Shown piece by piece: positions 1 to 9,448 of a DNA stretch of 64,000 bases. Each line of letters opens with the position of its first letter. Position 1 is the stretch's first letter. The stretch is from a virus (lineage: Duplodnaviria; Caudoviricetes): the IMG/VR virus record IMGVR_UViG_3300029288_000005, positions 1 to 64,000 of that record; one strand, given 5' to 3'. The position numbers and the translations under genes were made by a program. The notes beneath the pieces were generated by a model. That model saw only the letters and a program-made list of their open reading frames with translations, did no database searches and had not been told where the DNA came from.

Positions 1-248
1 CACAGATACCATCAAAGATAGTCTCAAAATTTGCGATATCCACACCAGAAATAAAACCATTTACTGATATAGAGGCCAAGCGTTTTGAAACACAAACATT
101 TCCATATGGCCAGTACAACGGAGTAAAAATTTCAGACATTCCATTAGACTACTTGGATTGGATTGTTGATAACTCCGAGTTATCTCTGAAAATTAAACGA
201 TATTTACTTAGTAAGAGAGTAACTGATGAAAGGAGAAGTGGGAAGTGA
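1..248 (+). CDS. partial hypothetical protein, DUF3820-like (FPYGQY..IP.DYL.W) C-terminus
   Basis: Read manually in frame 3: ...TFPYGQYNGVKISDIPLDYLDWIVD...GK*; 5' end lies outside the window. Confidence 0.55.
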   Translation, partial: QIPSKIVSKFAISTPEIKPFTDIEAKRFETQTFPYGQYNGVKISDIPLDYLDWIVDNSELSLKIKRYLLSKRVTDERRSGK

Positions 249-445
249 TGGAAAATTTAACAGCGGAATACAGTCCAGAAAGAAAGCGCTTGCTGATAAA
301 GAAAAACGGTAGAGTAAGTAGAGACGTATCCGCAGTAAATGATCTCCAAACAGCAGACTCTATAATACAAGGTGTGGGTTACATACGCTGTTTTGAGTGG
401 GAAAACGTTGGAATAATATATACCTGCCTGTTGAAGATAAAATGA
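245..445 (+). CDS. hypothetical protein
   Basis: 66-aa ORF with AAGGAG RBS, tightly coupled to both neighbours. Confidence 0.5.
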   Translation: MMENLTAEYSPERKRLLIKKNGRVSRDVSAVNDLQTADSIIQGVGYIRCFEWENVGIIYTCLLKIK

Positions 446-1818
446 AACCCTACAAGTTTCAACGGGAATGTCTTGCTGAAATGCAGCAAGAGAAGTTTAA
501 CGGTAGGGTCTTGCTGAACGCAGATATGGGATTGGGTAAAACTCCTATGTCCTTATGGAATCTGCGGGGGAACTTCAGTCGGACCCTACCGTGTATTATT
601 ATTTGCCCCGCCTCATTGAAGTATCAGTGGAAGAATGAGGTGAGATCTATTCTGGGAATTAAAGCATTTGTTGCTGAGGGAAGGACACCCAGTAAGACAA
701 AGAGAGTTCCCAAGATAATCATAATCAACTACGACATTCTACAAAGTTGGTTACAGTGGTTAAAAAACAGGAAACCACAATCTATCGTAATAGATGAGTG
801 CCAGTTTATAGCCAATCCTTCCACACATAGAACCAAAGCAGTAAAAACTCTATGCTTTGGTGTGAACAACATAACCGCTCTATCAGGAACACCTCTGATG
901 AATCGACCCATCGAGTTGTTTCCTGTTCTAAACATACTAAAGCCCGTTACATTTTCCAGTCGATGGTCTTATGGTATGAAGTACTGTAATGGAAAGAGAA
1001 ATCAATGGGGATGGGAGTTTAAGGGTGCAACTAGGATTGAGGAACTAAACAAGTTACTACTTGATACTTGTATGGTGCGGAGGCGAAAATCTGAGGTGCT
1101 CAAAGATTTGCCGGCAAAGATGAGACAAGTTATCCCTTGTAAACTGAGTAGACAAGAATATATAGAGTACAATAAGGCAAACAACGACTTTCTAAATTGG
1201 TTGGGAGAAAGAGACCCGGAAGCTGTGGTCAGGGCAGAGCGGGCGGAAGCTGTCGTTAAACTGGGGTATTTGTTGAGATTGGTTGCTGACTTGAAGTTGA
1301 AGTATGTAGTTCAGTGGATACAAGATTTCTTGGAGTCTACCGATAGAAAACTGGTTGTTTTTACCAACCATAGAAATACAATCAGTAATCTAAGTGGGCA
1401 AATAAAAAGTGGATTAGTAATAATTGATGGCAGTGTTCCCAGTGCCAAAAGGCAAGAGTTTGTAAAGCGTTTTCAAACAGATGACAGAATAAGAGTATTC
1501 ATAGGTAATATCAAGGCTGCTGGAGTGGGATTAAATCTGACAGCTTCATCCGATACAGTGTTTTCTGAGCTGGCATGGCGCCCGTCAGATCATACACAAG
1601 CAGAAGATCGATGTCATAGAATAGGACAAAAAGATACAGTTTGGGCACACTACTTTGTTGCCCAAGGTACAATAGAAGAGGATCTGTGCAAAGTCATCCA
1701 GCAGAAGCAGGAAGTTATATCAAATATACTTGATGGCAAGTCTGTTTCTGGTGATTTGGATGTGTTTGATGAGTTTTTGCGTACCATAAACAAAAGGAAA
1801 GGATTACTAAAGTGGTAG
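442..1818 (+). CDS. SNF2/HARP-like superfamily 2 helicase
   Basis: Walker A DMGLGKT, DECQ box, LSGTP, QAEDRCHRIGQ motif VI; probable ATG at 442. Confidence 0.92.
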   Translation: MKPYKFQRECLAEMQQEKFNGRVLLNADMGLGKTPMSLWNLRGNFSRTLPCIIICPASLKYQWKNEVRSILGIKAFVAEGRTPSKTKRVPKIIIINYDILQSWLQWLKNRKPQSIVIDECQFIANPSTHRTKAVKTLCFGVNNITALSGTPLMNRPIELFPVLNILKPVTFSSRWSYGMKYCNGKRNQWGWEFKGATRIEELNKLLLDTCMVRRRKSEVLKDLPAKMRQVIPCKLSRQEYIEYNKANNDFLNWLGERDPEAVVRAERAEAVVKLGYLLRLVADLKLKYVVQWIQDFLESTDRKLVVFTNHRNTISNLSGQIKSGLVIIDGSVPSAKRQEFVKRFQTDDRIRVFIGNIKAAGVGLNLTASSDTVFSELAWRPSDHTQAEDRCHRIGQKDTVWAHYFVAQGTIEEDLCKVIQQKQEVISNILDGKSVSGDLDVFDEFLRTINKRKGLLKW

Positions 1819-2060
1819 TGGTTACACAGAACATTCCAGAAGAGAAGCGAAAAAGACAATTTGAAATAAAGCTTACAAAAAATAGAGAAGAAAAGGCACA
1901 GGAGTTGTTAGAGGATGGTTATAATTTCGAGTGTGAATCACTCTCTAATGGTCAGGTTATTTTCTTCATAAAAGAGGGTGAAAAAATAATAAGTTCTGAA
2001 CAAATAATAAAGGGACTTGCTGCCGTAGAATTATTTGGAAAGATGTTGGATGATTTTTGA
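1812..2060 (+). CDS. hypothetical protein
   Basis: 82-aa ORF filling the gap between helicase and primase. Confidence 0.5.
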   Translation: MVVVTQNIPEEKRKRQFEIKLTKNREEKAQELLEDGYNFECESLSNGQVIFFIKEGEKIISSEQIIKGLAAVELFGKMLDDF

Positions 2061-2062
2061 AT

Positions 2063-2929
2063 ATGGATCTCCGCGACTTTCTTTCTGAGCACAATATAGA
2101 GTTCCGGGAAGTGGGAACACACCACCACACTAGAGAAGGATGGATCAACATTGATTGTCCTCGTTGTGGTAGTGGTTCAGGAAAATTTCACTTGGGCATA
2201 AACCTTGATGGGTTCTACGCAAACTGTTGGCGTTGTGGTAGTGTTTCAGTATTTGAAATCCTCAAGGAGTTGACAGGTGTTTCTTTTGCCGAAACAAAAA
2301 ACTTCCAAAAGACACGAACAAAATTATTTGAACGAAAGTATGGTCGGCTAAAAATCCCTAGTGGTTTAACTGACCTAACTCCCCGTTCAATAAGGTATCT
2401 GAAATCGAGGGGATTTATCCCAAGTAAAATACTTCCCCTTTGGAGAATTAAATCCACACCCAACATCGGCAGATTGTCTTATAGGATATGGATACCAATT
2501 GTTTTTCAAGGGGAAGTGGTTAGTTGGACCACAAGGTCTACTGTAGAGAGTGATGAAGTTGTGAGGTACATATCCGCCCAGCCAGGAGAAGAAAAGTTAC
2601 CACACCGGGAACTGTTATATGGAGAAGATTTTGTCAGACACTCGATTGTTGTAGTTGAAGGTCCACTGGACGTTTGGAAGTTTGGGCCAGGGGGTGTTGC
2701 TACATTTGGAGTTGGCTACTCTTCTGGTCAACTGTTACGGATGTCAAAATACCCTGTGAGGACAATCTGCTTTGACATGGATTCTCCCGGAAGAAAGAAA
2801 GCAGACAAGCTCGTTAAGGAACTTCAAAAATTCCCAGGTGTAACAAACTTGGTTGAACTAGAAACCGGAAAAGATTTGGGCAGTTGTGACAAAGAAGAAA
2901 TTGCAGAAATCAGGAAAAAATTTCTTTAA
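2063..2929 (+). CDS. DNA primase (Zn finger + Toprim)
   Basis: CPRC..H..CWRC zinc finger, VVVEGPLD and CFDMD Toprim motifs. Confidence 0.88.
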   Translation: MDLRDFLSEHNIEFREVGTHHHTREGWINIDCPRCGSGSGKFHLGINLDGFYANCWRCGSVSVFEILKELTGVSFAETKNFQKTRTKLFERKYGRLKIPSGLTDLTPRSIRYLKSRGFIPSKILPLWRIKSTPNIGRLSYRIWIPIVFQGEVVSWTTRSTVESDEVVRYISAQPGEEKLPHRELLYGEDFVRHSIVVVEGPLDVWKFGPGGVATFGVGYSSGQLLRMSKYPVRTICFDMDSPGRKKADKLVKELQKFPGVTNLVELETGKDLGSCDKEEIAEIRKKFL

Positions 2930-3069
2930 TAAATATGGGTTGGGAGAACCCAATGGTCCTATATAATGTTAGCGAATGTAATATACCCCTCTTTAATACT
3001 ATTATAGATGCCTAGAATGGGTGAAATACAGTTTTCCAGGTTGTTCTTTTCTTAGTAGATTTGATTAAA

Positions 3070-3663
3070 ATGAGTAATCAATACAACTACTTCTATATTG
3101 ATGGGTATCAAATCAGTGCCAGATACCACAAACTGTTTCAACAGCGAAAAATCAACTCAAAAGAGCTTCTGTTGCTCTCTTTGATTGACACTTTCACCTC
3201 TAGTGAAGACGATACTGGGAATATACCAGAAGGCATAGCCCTAGAATACGACCAGATTTCTGATTTCCTGGGGATTTCAAACTTTCGAACACATCAGATT
3301 ATTAGTAGACTCAAACGAGCACACTTAATACAAGAAACTCAGGTAGGCGAAGTTTGGTATTTTTCCTTGGTGGAACAGCATTCTGTAGAGTGCGGGATAT
3401 GGATTTCTGATTCTGCCATGCAGTACTTCTATAACAAGAAAATCAATCTAAAGGAAGCGGCACTCCTGTCCATAATAGAAGAACACGCTAAGAATGATAG
3501 CGATTGTTGCTTAGCGAACGCATATTTTGCCAAGCGATTACGCTTGTCTGAAGAGGCTGTGAGCTTGTGCATTTCCAAATTGAAAAAACTGGGTCTTGTA
3601 AAACAATCAGGATTTGATGGTCGAACGAGATACCTTACTATTACTGAAAAATTAGGATGCTAG
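3070..3663 (+). CDS. tandem winged-HTH protein, putative replication initiator/origin-binding
   Basis: Two internal repeats of KI..KE.LLLS.I...C...N.YFA..L.LS...VS..IS.LK..GL; resembles phage replication-initiator N-terminal wHTH. Confidence 0.6.
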   Translation: MSNQYNYFYIDGYQISARYHKLFQQRKINSKELLLLSLIDTFTSSEDDTGNIPEGIALEYDQISDFLGISNFRTHQIISRLKRAHLIQETQVGEVWYFSLVEQHSVECGIWISDSAMQYFYNKKINLKEAALLSIIEEHAKNDSDCCLANAYFAKRLRLSEEAVSLCISKLKKLGLVKQSGFDGRTRYLTITEKLGC

Positions 3664-3664
3664 G

Positions 3665-4243
3665 ATGCAAAAAACAAAGAAAAAAATAGGTGGTTTATGG
3701 ATCCCGTATCCGATATTAGAGTTTTTCAAATCCCACAAAATCAGTGCAAAAGAGGTCATTTTGTGTTCATTGATTTTTAATTTTCAAAGGCAAGGAAAAG
3801 GTTGTTTTGTCACAATAAGGTGGTTCGCAGAAAAGCTTAGCGTGGGTGAACAACAAGCCAATATAATGTTGATCAACCTAAAAAAGTTGAAACTGATAGA
3901 AAATTCTAGGAAGAATGGTCGCTCCCCGTGCCGGAGATTACAGTATGAGCTGGAGGAGGCTTGCAGGTTATCTGTTCACCATAAGCAGAGCCTATGGGTA
4001 CCCAGAAACTATATCCACGAGTTCTTTGAGAGGCGGATAGATGCAAAAGAGTTACTTCTCCTTACAGTTGTGAGATCATACCATCAGAAAGAGGGATGTT
4101 CGCTGTCCAACGGACAATTTGCCGACTATCTGTGCTTGAGTTATGATACGATTTCTTCTATTATCTCAAATCTGCGGAGGAGGGGTTTGTTGGAAATAGT
4201 GAGGTTTAATGGGAGGAAAAGATGGCTGCTTTCTTGCGTTTAA
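3665..4243 (+). CDS. tandem winged-HTH protein, paralog of 3070..3663
   Basis: Same duplicated wHTH unit (GLWIP...ISAKE.IL...GCF...FA..L; ...FNGRKRWL). Confidence 0.6.
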   Translation: MQKTKKKIGGLWIPYPILEFFKSHKISAKEVILCSLIFNFQRQGKGCFVTIRWFAEKLSVGEQQANIMLINLKKLKLIENSRKNGRSPCRRLQYELEEACRLSVHHKQSLWVPRNYIHEFFERRIDAKELLLLTVVRSYHQKEGCSLSNGQFADYLCLSYDTISSIISNLRRRGLLEIVRFNGRKRWLLSCV

Positions 4244-4245
4244 CT

Positions 4246-4409
4246 ATAACAAAACCGAGTAGTCTACCTATAACATTTCCGAGTACTCAGACTACTCGGA
4301 AAAGTATTTTTCTGTACTTTTCAGACTACTCGGAAATGTTATACAATATAGAAAACCGAGTACTCAGACTACTCGGAAATGTTATAGGTAGACTACTCGG
4401 TTTTGTTAT
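4246..4409. repeat. perfect 40-bp inverted repeat enclosing AGACTACTCGG iterons; candidate replication origin
   Basis: 4246-4285 is the exact reverse complement of 4370-4409; (C)AGACTACTCGG at ~4289, 4322, 4365, 4390; AT-rich tract follows at 4410-4560. Confidence 0.8.
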
Positions 4410-4579
4410 GTTGTATTACATTATTAACAAATCTTTAAGTATGTATAGTCGTTTGTATAAAAAATGTAATGCTTATATTCATTACATTCATAAAGCATGA
4501 AAAAAATTCTTTTTTCGCGCGGGTGTTATAAATTACTTTTTCCCCAAAAGTTGTACAACTGTAAAATAGGAGTAAACTT

Positions 4580-5179
4580 GTGAAGGGTTTTTTCGATGAT
4601 CAGAACTTCAAGCCAAAAGTTCGAAAAAAACAAACTTGGAAAAAATCACAACTCCCACTAACCGAGTGGGATCGTCAACAAGGGAGGGAGTTAAGATCAA
4701 TTCTTGTCAAGTATGGCTCAGATCTAACTCTTTCAATTTCAAAAAAACACAACAAGAGAAAAAAACATGGATTGTCCAAACAGGTCTCACCAGAAACTTT
4801 TGCAGAAAATATCTACCACATTCGCACAGAAAAGAAGGCCAGTAAAAAAGAAATAACTCAAGTTCTCCAGTTCTTAGAAAAGAATTGGTTCAACCAGTAC
4901 ACACCGAAAATCTACAACTCTTGGGATTTCTATAATAAGTGGGAGAGGTTTCGAGATGCTGCCAAGAGAGAACATATCTCTAAGAATGCAGGTGTGGGAA
5001 AAACCAACCTCAGGCGTCAGTTGGAAAAAGCTTCTGAATTAGCCTTAAAGGAGTATCTGAATGAGAAGTACAATCGAAAAAGAAGAACTAAAAAAGAAGA
5101 AAATCTTACTCACTCTGACAGAATCTTTTCAGAAGAAGTACTCACAGGGGGTTTTCTTGATGTGGATGAGGGCGCTTGA
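4580..5179 (+). CDS. hypothetical basic replication-module protein
   Basis: GTG start with AGGAG RBS; Lys/Arg-rich; overlaps next gene by 119 nt. Confidence 0.55.
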   Translation: MKGFFDDQNFKPKVRKKQTWKKSQLPLTEWDRQQGRELRSILVKYGSDLTLSISKKHNKRKKHGLSKQVSPETFAENIYHIRTEKKASKKEITQVLQFLEKNWFNQYTPKIYNSWDFYNKWERFRDAAKREHISKNAGVGKTNLRRQLEKASELALKEYLNEKYNRKRRTKKEENLTHSDRIFSEEVLTGGFLDVDEGA

Positions 5180-5441
5180 TGATGTCAGTAGCGAAGAACT
5201 TGAATATGCTGTGGATACTTACATCAGGAAAGGCAAGTGGATGCCTACTGTTTCAGTTCTTCGAGCAATCATCAGAAAAAGAAGATTCAAACAAGGTGAA
5301 GAGTTAATTCCGCTGATCAGAGATGCTCTAGAAAAAACCGAGGATTACCAAGTTGGGAGACAAACCTTCCAAGAAGATGTTGATAGAGTGCTTGTTGAGA
5401 TGGGGTACAGCAAAGGATTCATAAGTGCAGATCGAGTATAA
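5061..5441 (+). CDS. putative helicase loader/inhibitor (G39P-like)
   Basis: W...L.D.S.EEL..AV..YIR..KWMPTVS.LR pattern; AAGGAG RBS; immediately upstream of DnaB. Confidence 0.55.
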   Translation: MRSTIEKEELKKKKILLTLTESFQKKYSQGVFLMWMRALDDVSSEELEYAVDTYIRKGKWMPTVSVLRAIIRKRRFKQGEELIPLIRDALEKTEDYQVGRQTFQEDVDRVLVEMGYSKGFISADRV

Positions 5442-6820
5442 TGAAGAACAAAACATACGAAGGATCTCAATCGAGAAAAGTGCTCTCTGCTATGATCACA
5501 AACGATACGGTTTGTGGTCGGGTGGCCGGACAGTGGAAGCGAGAGGGTTTGTTTGCTGACAAGGTATCAAACATTATTGGTGGTTGGTGTGTCAAGTATT
5601 ATGAGAAGTATGGTAGGGCACCGCAGAAAGAAATTCAACCGATATTTGAAAGATGGGCTGACAAGAACAAAATCAAGGATAAATCTACAACTGAGTTAGT
5701 CGAGAATTTCTTACTTGAGTTGTCAGCAGAGTACGAATCAGAAGAAATAGGTTCTATTGAGTTTTTGCTTGATCGGGCAGGAGAGGTGTTCAACAAAGAG
5801 CGCGTGGCCAAGGCGTTAGCTGAGGCTTCGTGGGAGTTAGATCAAGGAAGGACTGAAAGAGCCCGTGAGATTTTATCTCTCGGGGTTGAACAGGTGGAAT
5901 TAGGCGAAGGGCAGCTTGTCAAGTTGGGAGAAGACTATGAAGTATGGAGAGAAGCCTTTGATAGAGAGGAAAACGAGCAGTTAATCAAGTATCGAGGGAA
6001 GGCTAACGATTTCATTGGCTCAGCGATGACTCGAGACAGTTTTGTCGCCTTCATGGGCCCAGACAAGAGTGGCAAGAGCATGTATTTGTTGGATGCTGCT
6101 TATAGAGGTGTTCGCAATCGAAAGAGGGTTGCATACTTTGAGGTTGGTGATATGAGCCAGAGTCAAGTAGTTATGAGAATTGCACAGAGGGTATGCAGAG
6201 TTCCCAGATACCCAGGGAAGGCGAATGTTCCTACTGAGATAGATGAGGTAACAAAGAAAATAACATGGGCAAAACAATTCTTTAAGGAAGTGCTAACACC
6301 ACAAAAGGCGTTCAAACAGTTCAAAAGGTTTTGTGGTAATCGAGATTTGTTCCGTCTTAGTTGTTATCCCAACTCCTCAGTAGATATCATTACAATCAGT
6401 TCAATTGTCAAGAGCTGGGCAAAACAGGGATGGGTAGCGGATATAGTAGTGGTTGATTATGCAGACATCCTAGCAGCTCCGCCCGGTGCTACAGATTCAC
6501 TCGATGAGATTGATAAGAATTGGAAGTTGTTTCGCAGGTTGAGCCAAGAGATGCATTGTCTGGTGTTAACTGCTACTCAATCAAGTGCTGCTGCTTATGT
6601 GGAGAAGAAACTTCTTGGTCGAAAGCATTTTTCGGGCTCAAAGAAAAAACTTGCGCATGTGAATGGTATGTTGGGTATTAACGTCTCTGAAGATGACAAA
6701 AGACGGGGAATCTCAAAGTTGAACTGGGTTGTAAAACGGGATGGATTCTATACAGAGAATCAATATGTCAGTATGGTTGGTTGTTGGGACATCTGTAGTC
6801 CTTGTCTTTTGAGTAAATGA
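5441..6820 (+). CDS. dnaB: replicative DnaB-like helicase
   Basis: Walker A GPDKSGKS, VVVDYAD Walker B, LTATQ motif. Confidence 0.85.
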   Translation: MKNKTYEGSQSRKVLSAMITNDTVCGRVAGQWKREGLFADKVSNIIGGWCVKYYEKYGRAPQKEIQPIFERWADKNKIKDKSTTELVENFLLELSAEYESEEIGSIEFLLDRAGEVFNKERVAKALAEASWELDQGRTERAREILSLGVEQVELGEGQLVKLGEDYEVWREAFDREENEQLIKYRGKANDFIGSAMTRDSFVAFMGPDKSGKSMYLLDAAYRGVRNRKRVAYFEVGDMSQSQVVMRIAQRVCRVPRYPGKANVPTEIDEVTKKITWAKQFFKEVLTPQKAFKQFKRFCGNRDLFRLSCYPNSSVDIITISSIVKSWAKQGWVADIVVVDYADILAAPPGATDSLDEIDKNWKLFRRLSQEMHCLVLTATQSSAAAYVEKKLLGRKHFSGSKKKLAHVNGMLGINVSEDDKRRGISKLNWVVKRDGFYTENQYVSMVGCWDICSPCLLSK

Positions 6821-6821
6821 G

Positions 6822-6850
6822 TTGACATTTGATTTCTGTGACTATATAAT
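6822..6850 (+). promoter_or_regulatory. consensus sigma70-type promoter
   Basis: TTGACA (6822-6827), 17-bp spacer, TATAAT (6845-6850). Confidence 0.85.
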
Positions 6851-6910
6851 AGGTGTGTGAAAGGTTTTTTTAGACCTGTTTTTACTTCAAATCTACAAAG
6901 GAGAAAAGTG

Positions 6911-7510
6911 ATGAAAGTGTTAAGAGACGATCTAGTCAAGATGTTTGTGGCTTGTGGCTACAAGGCGGCAGGAAAGTGGAACAAAGTCCGCATGGAGCGG
7001 AAACTGAAGGAGCTTGTTGCTTTGGGAAGTGACAGTGATCTTGCAGTTGAAGAGGGAACAGAGGACGAGGAAAAACTCAACAAAATTATCAAGGGTGTCA
7101 TCAAAGCCAAAGGTGTGGTTGAGATAATGATGGAAGAAGAAGCTCCCGAAGAAGAAGCTCCCGAAGAAGAAGCTCCCGAAGAAGAAGCTCCCGAAGAAGA
7201 AGCTCCCGAAGAAGAAGAGGAAATCAAACCAGCAAAGCCAAAAAAGGCTGTAAAGTCCGAAAAGGCTGAAGAGAAGAAACCCAAGAAAGCAATCAAGGTA
7301 ACAAGGCACGCATGCTGTGTCAAGTGCTTGATTGATTGCAAGGGGAAAACCGCTCTTCGTACACTGGCTGAGAAGATTGATGGTTTGTATGTTAAGAACG
7401 GAGGCAAGTCCAGTAAAGTAGATTCCTACTACATGGCCAAGTGCTATGCAGACGTTTTGGTTGGTTTTGGAATTGCAACCCTGGAAAATGACAACATCGT
7501 CATAAAGTAG
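6911..7510 (+). CDS. hypothetical protein with (EEEAP)5 repeat and Lys-rich linker
   Basis: ATG 6911 with AAGGAG RBS; directly downstream of the strong promoter. Confidence 0.7.
   Translation: MKVLRDDLVKMFVACGYKAAGKWNKVRMERKLKELVALGSDSDLAVEEGTEDEEKLNKIIKGVIKAKGVVEIMMEEEAPEEEAPEEEAPEEEAPEEEAPEEEEEIKPAKPKKAVKSEKAEEKKPKKAIKVTRHACCVKCLIDCKGKTALRTLAEKIDGLYVKNGGKSSKVDSYYMAKCYADVLVGFGIATLENDNIVIK
7133..7216 (+). repeat. 15-bp tandem repeat GAAGAAGAAGCTCCC x5 (coding EEEAP)
   Basis: Exact copies visible in the sequence. Confidence 0.95.
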
Positions 7511-7547
7511 ATTCTGTTCAATTTATTTTCAATTTACGAGGAAAATA

Positions 7548-7946
7548 ATGAAAATCACCAAACGCATTGCGTTCGATGCGGCCCATCGGTTGTTAGGATA
7601 CGATGGGCCGTGTGCTCGTTTACACGGCCACCGATACATTTTGGAGGTAACCTTAGAAGGCACTCGATTGGATGAGTTGGGAATGCTTGAGGATTTCAAA
7701 AGTGTCTCCAGCAAACTCAAAGAAGGCCCATTCGCCAGTTGGGACCATAGAACCCTTTTAAGTAAGGAAGATCCCCTAGTTAGTTTTGTTGAGGAGGCTT
7801 ACCTGATGGACAAGAACCCAACAGCAGAAAATATGCTGCTTGAATTCGTGGAAAAGTGGGGATATGGTTTCAACACTGCTTTTACAAGACTCCACAGTGT
7901 AAAGTTGTTCGAAACCCCAGACTGTTCTGCTGAATTGATTCTATAA
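7548..7946 (+). CDS. queD: 6-carboxy-5,6,7,8-tetrahydropterin synthase
   Basis: FDAAHRL, C.RLHGH.Y, DH..L, PTAEN, ETP motifs. Confidence 0.93.
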   Translation: MKITKRIAFDAAHRLLGYDGPCARLHGHRYILEVTLEGTRLDELGMLEDFKSVSSKLKEGPFASWDHRTLLSKEDPLVSFVEEAYLMDKNPTAENMLLEFVEKWGYGFNTAFTRLHSVKLFETPDCSAELIL

Positions 7947-8620
7947 TGAACACACAAGCCCCAGAAAAAATCAACTACGATCTAGAAGGAAATCTAGACG
8001 TAGTTGATATCTTTTACTCCTTTCAAGGAGAGGGTCCTCTAGTGGGAACCCCTGCTGTGTTTATAAGGACATACGGTTGCAATCTCCGGTGTTCGTGGTG
8101 TGATACAGATTACACTACAAACAAACAAAGAATGTCTGTTGAAGAGCTTATGGATACTGTAAAGAGCTTTCCACTGGTGGCTGTAAGTGGTCAGAGGCCA
8201 TTGGTGGTGCTGACAGGAGGAGAGCCCTTTCGCCAGAATATAGAGCCATTGGTTTTTGCTCTTGTGAAACATGGGTATAGAGTGCAAATTGAAACCAATG
8301 GTTCACTTGAACCGAAAGGGGTGCGCTGGACTCAATTGAGGTCCTGGGTGGACATAATTTGCAGTCCCAAACCTGGGGTAACAGTTGCTCCAACGATACG
8401 GGAATGGGTAGATGCTATAAAGTACGTTCTTGATTCTTCTTACGTGGATGAGGAGGATGGCTTACCAAAAAGATTGCCCAGGTTTTCGTGGACACCAGTG
8501 TACGTCCAACCTATGGATGGTCCGGATTATAATAGGAACGTTGAAGCAGCAGTGCAGAGCTGTTTGAAGCATGGATACAGGTTGTCAATCCAAGTGCATA
8601 AGATTGTTGGAGTTCAGTGA
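7946..8620 (+). CDS. queE: 7-carboxy-7-deazaguanine synthase (radical SAM)
   Basis: SFQGEG, CNLRCSWCDT, TGGEP, ETNG, LSIQVHK. Confidence 0.95.
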   Translation: MNTQAPEKINYDLEGNLDVVDIFYSFQGEGPLVGTPAVFIRTYGCNLRCSWCDTDYTTNKQRMSVEELMDTVKSFPLVAVSGQRPLVVLTGGEPFRQNIEPLVFALVKHGYRVQIETNGSLEPKGVRWTQLRSWVDIICSPKPGVTVAPTIREWVDAIKYVLDSSYVDEEDGLPKRLPRFSWTPVYVQPMDGPDYNRNVEAAVQSCLKHGYRLSIQVHKIVGVQ

Positions 8621-8621
8621 G

Positions 8622-8801
8622 ATGGGAAATGATTCTCTTTCGAGGGAATATTCTGGGTTTTCTTTTGGTCAACTTCTGATTTTAGAACACAGAACGAATA
8701 TCAAAAATAAGGTTGAATCAGCAGGGAGATTGTATGAGAAGATGAATTTCCCTGCTGTTTTGGATGTTTTACCCAGTGTTATAGAAATGAGTAGAAAATG
8801 A
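8622..8801 (+). CDS. small hypothetical protein inside the que cluster
   Basis: ATG immediately after the queE stop; overlaps queC start (ATGA). Confidence 0.4.
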   Translation: MGNDSLSREYSGFSFGQLLILEHRTNIKNKVESAGRLYEKMNFPAVLDVLPSVIEMSRK

Positions 8802-9448
8802 GTAAAATTCTGATTTCCCTCAGTGGGGGTTTAGATTCGGCTACCCTGTTGGCTTTATCTGTTTCACAAGACAAGGAAGTTTTTTGTGTGGGGTTTCGTT
8901 ATGGGAGCAACCACAATAAGTATGAGATTGAGGCTGCTGAGAAGTTGGCAGAGTATTACAAAGTTCCTTATAGTGTGATTGATCTCAGAGGTGTGTTTAG
9001 TGAATTTAAGTCAAACTTGTTGGGAGGTGAAATTCCCGAAGGCCACTACGAAGACAAGTCAATGGCATTAACAGTTGTTCCTGGAAGAAACATTATCTTT
9101 ACTTCTGTGCTTGCGGGATATGCTTCCTCAGAGGGAATTGAAGAAGTGGGCCTGGGAATTCATGCTGGAGACCATGCTATCTACCCTGATTGTCGACCAG
9201 AGTTTTTCTCTAGTATGAATCAAGCAGTTCTAGCGGGAACAGACAACAAAGTTTGTTTGTGTGCACCTTTTCTCAATCTGAAGAAGGATCAAATCGTTAG
9301 AATTGGTTTGGGATTGGCACTGCCATATGAACTGACTCGGACTTGCTATAAGAATCAGCCCATTGCTTGTGGAAAGTGTGGTTCTTGCCAAGAGCGCATA
9401 GAGGCGTTTGCGTTTAATTCCACACCTGATCCAGTGAGGTACATGTGA
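8798..9448 (+). CDS. queC: 7-cyano-7-deazaguanine synthase
   Basis: SGGLDS, VPGRN, YPDCRPEF, TRTCY...CGKCGSCQER. Confidence 0.96.
   Translation: MSKILISLSGGLDSATLLALSVSQDKEVFCVGFRYGSNHNKYEIEAAEKLAEYYKVPYSVIDLRGVFSEFKSNLLGGEIPEGHYEDKSMALTVVPGRNIIFTSVLAGYASSEGIEEVGLGIHAGDHAIYPDCRPEFFSSMNQAVLAGTDNKVCLCAPFLNLKKDQIVRIGLGLALPYELTRTCYKNQPIACGKCGSCQERIEAFAFNSTPDPVRYM

Noticed and set aside
4246-4409. Possible mini CRISPR array
   Set aside because: Repeats are short, overlapping and partly inverted, with no regular unique spacers and no cas genes.
4222-4500. 92-aa ORF across the repeat region
   Set aside because: It translates the inverted-repeat/iteron DNA and AT-rich tract; no RBS or protein-like features.
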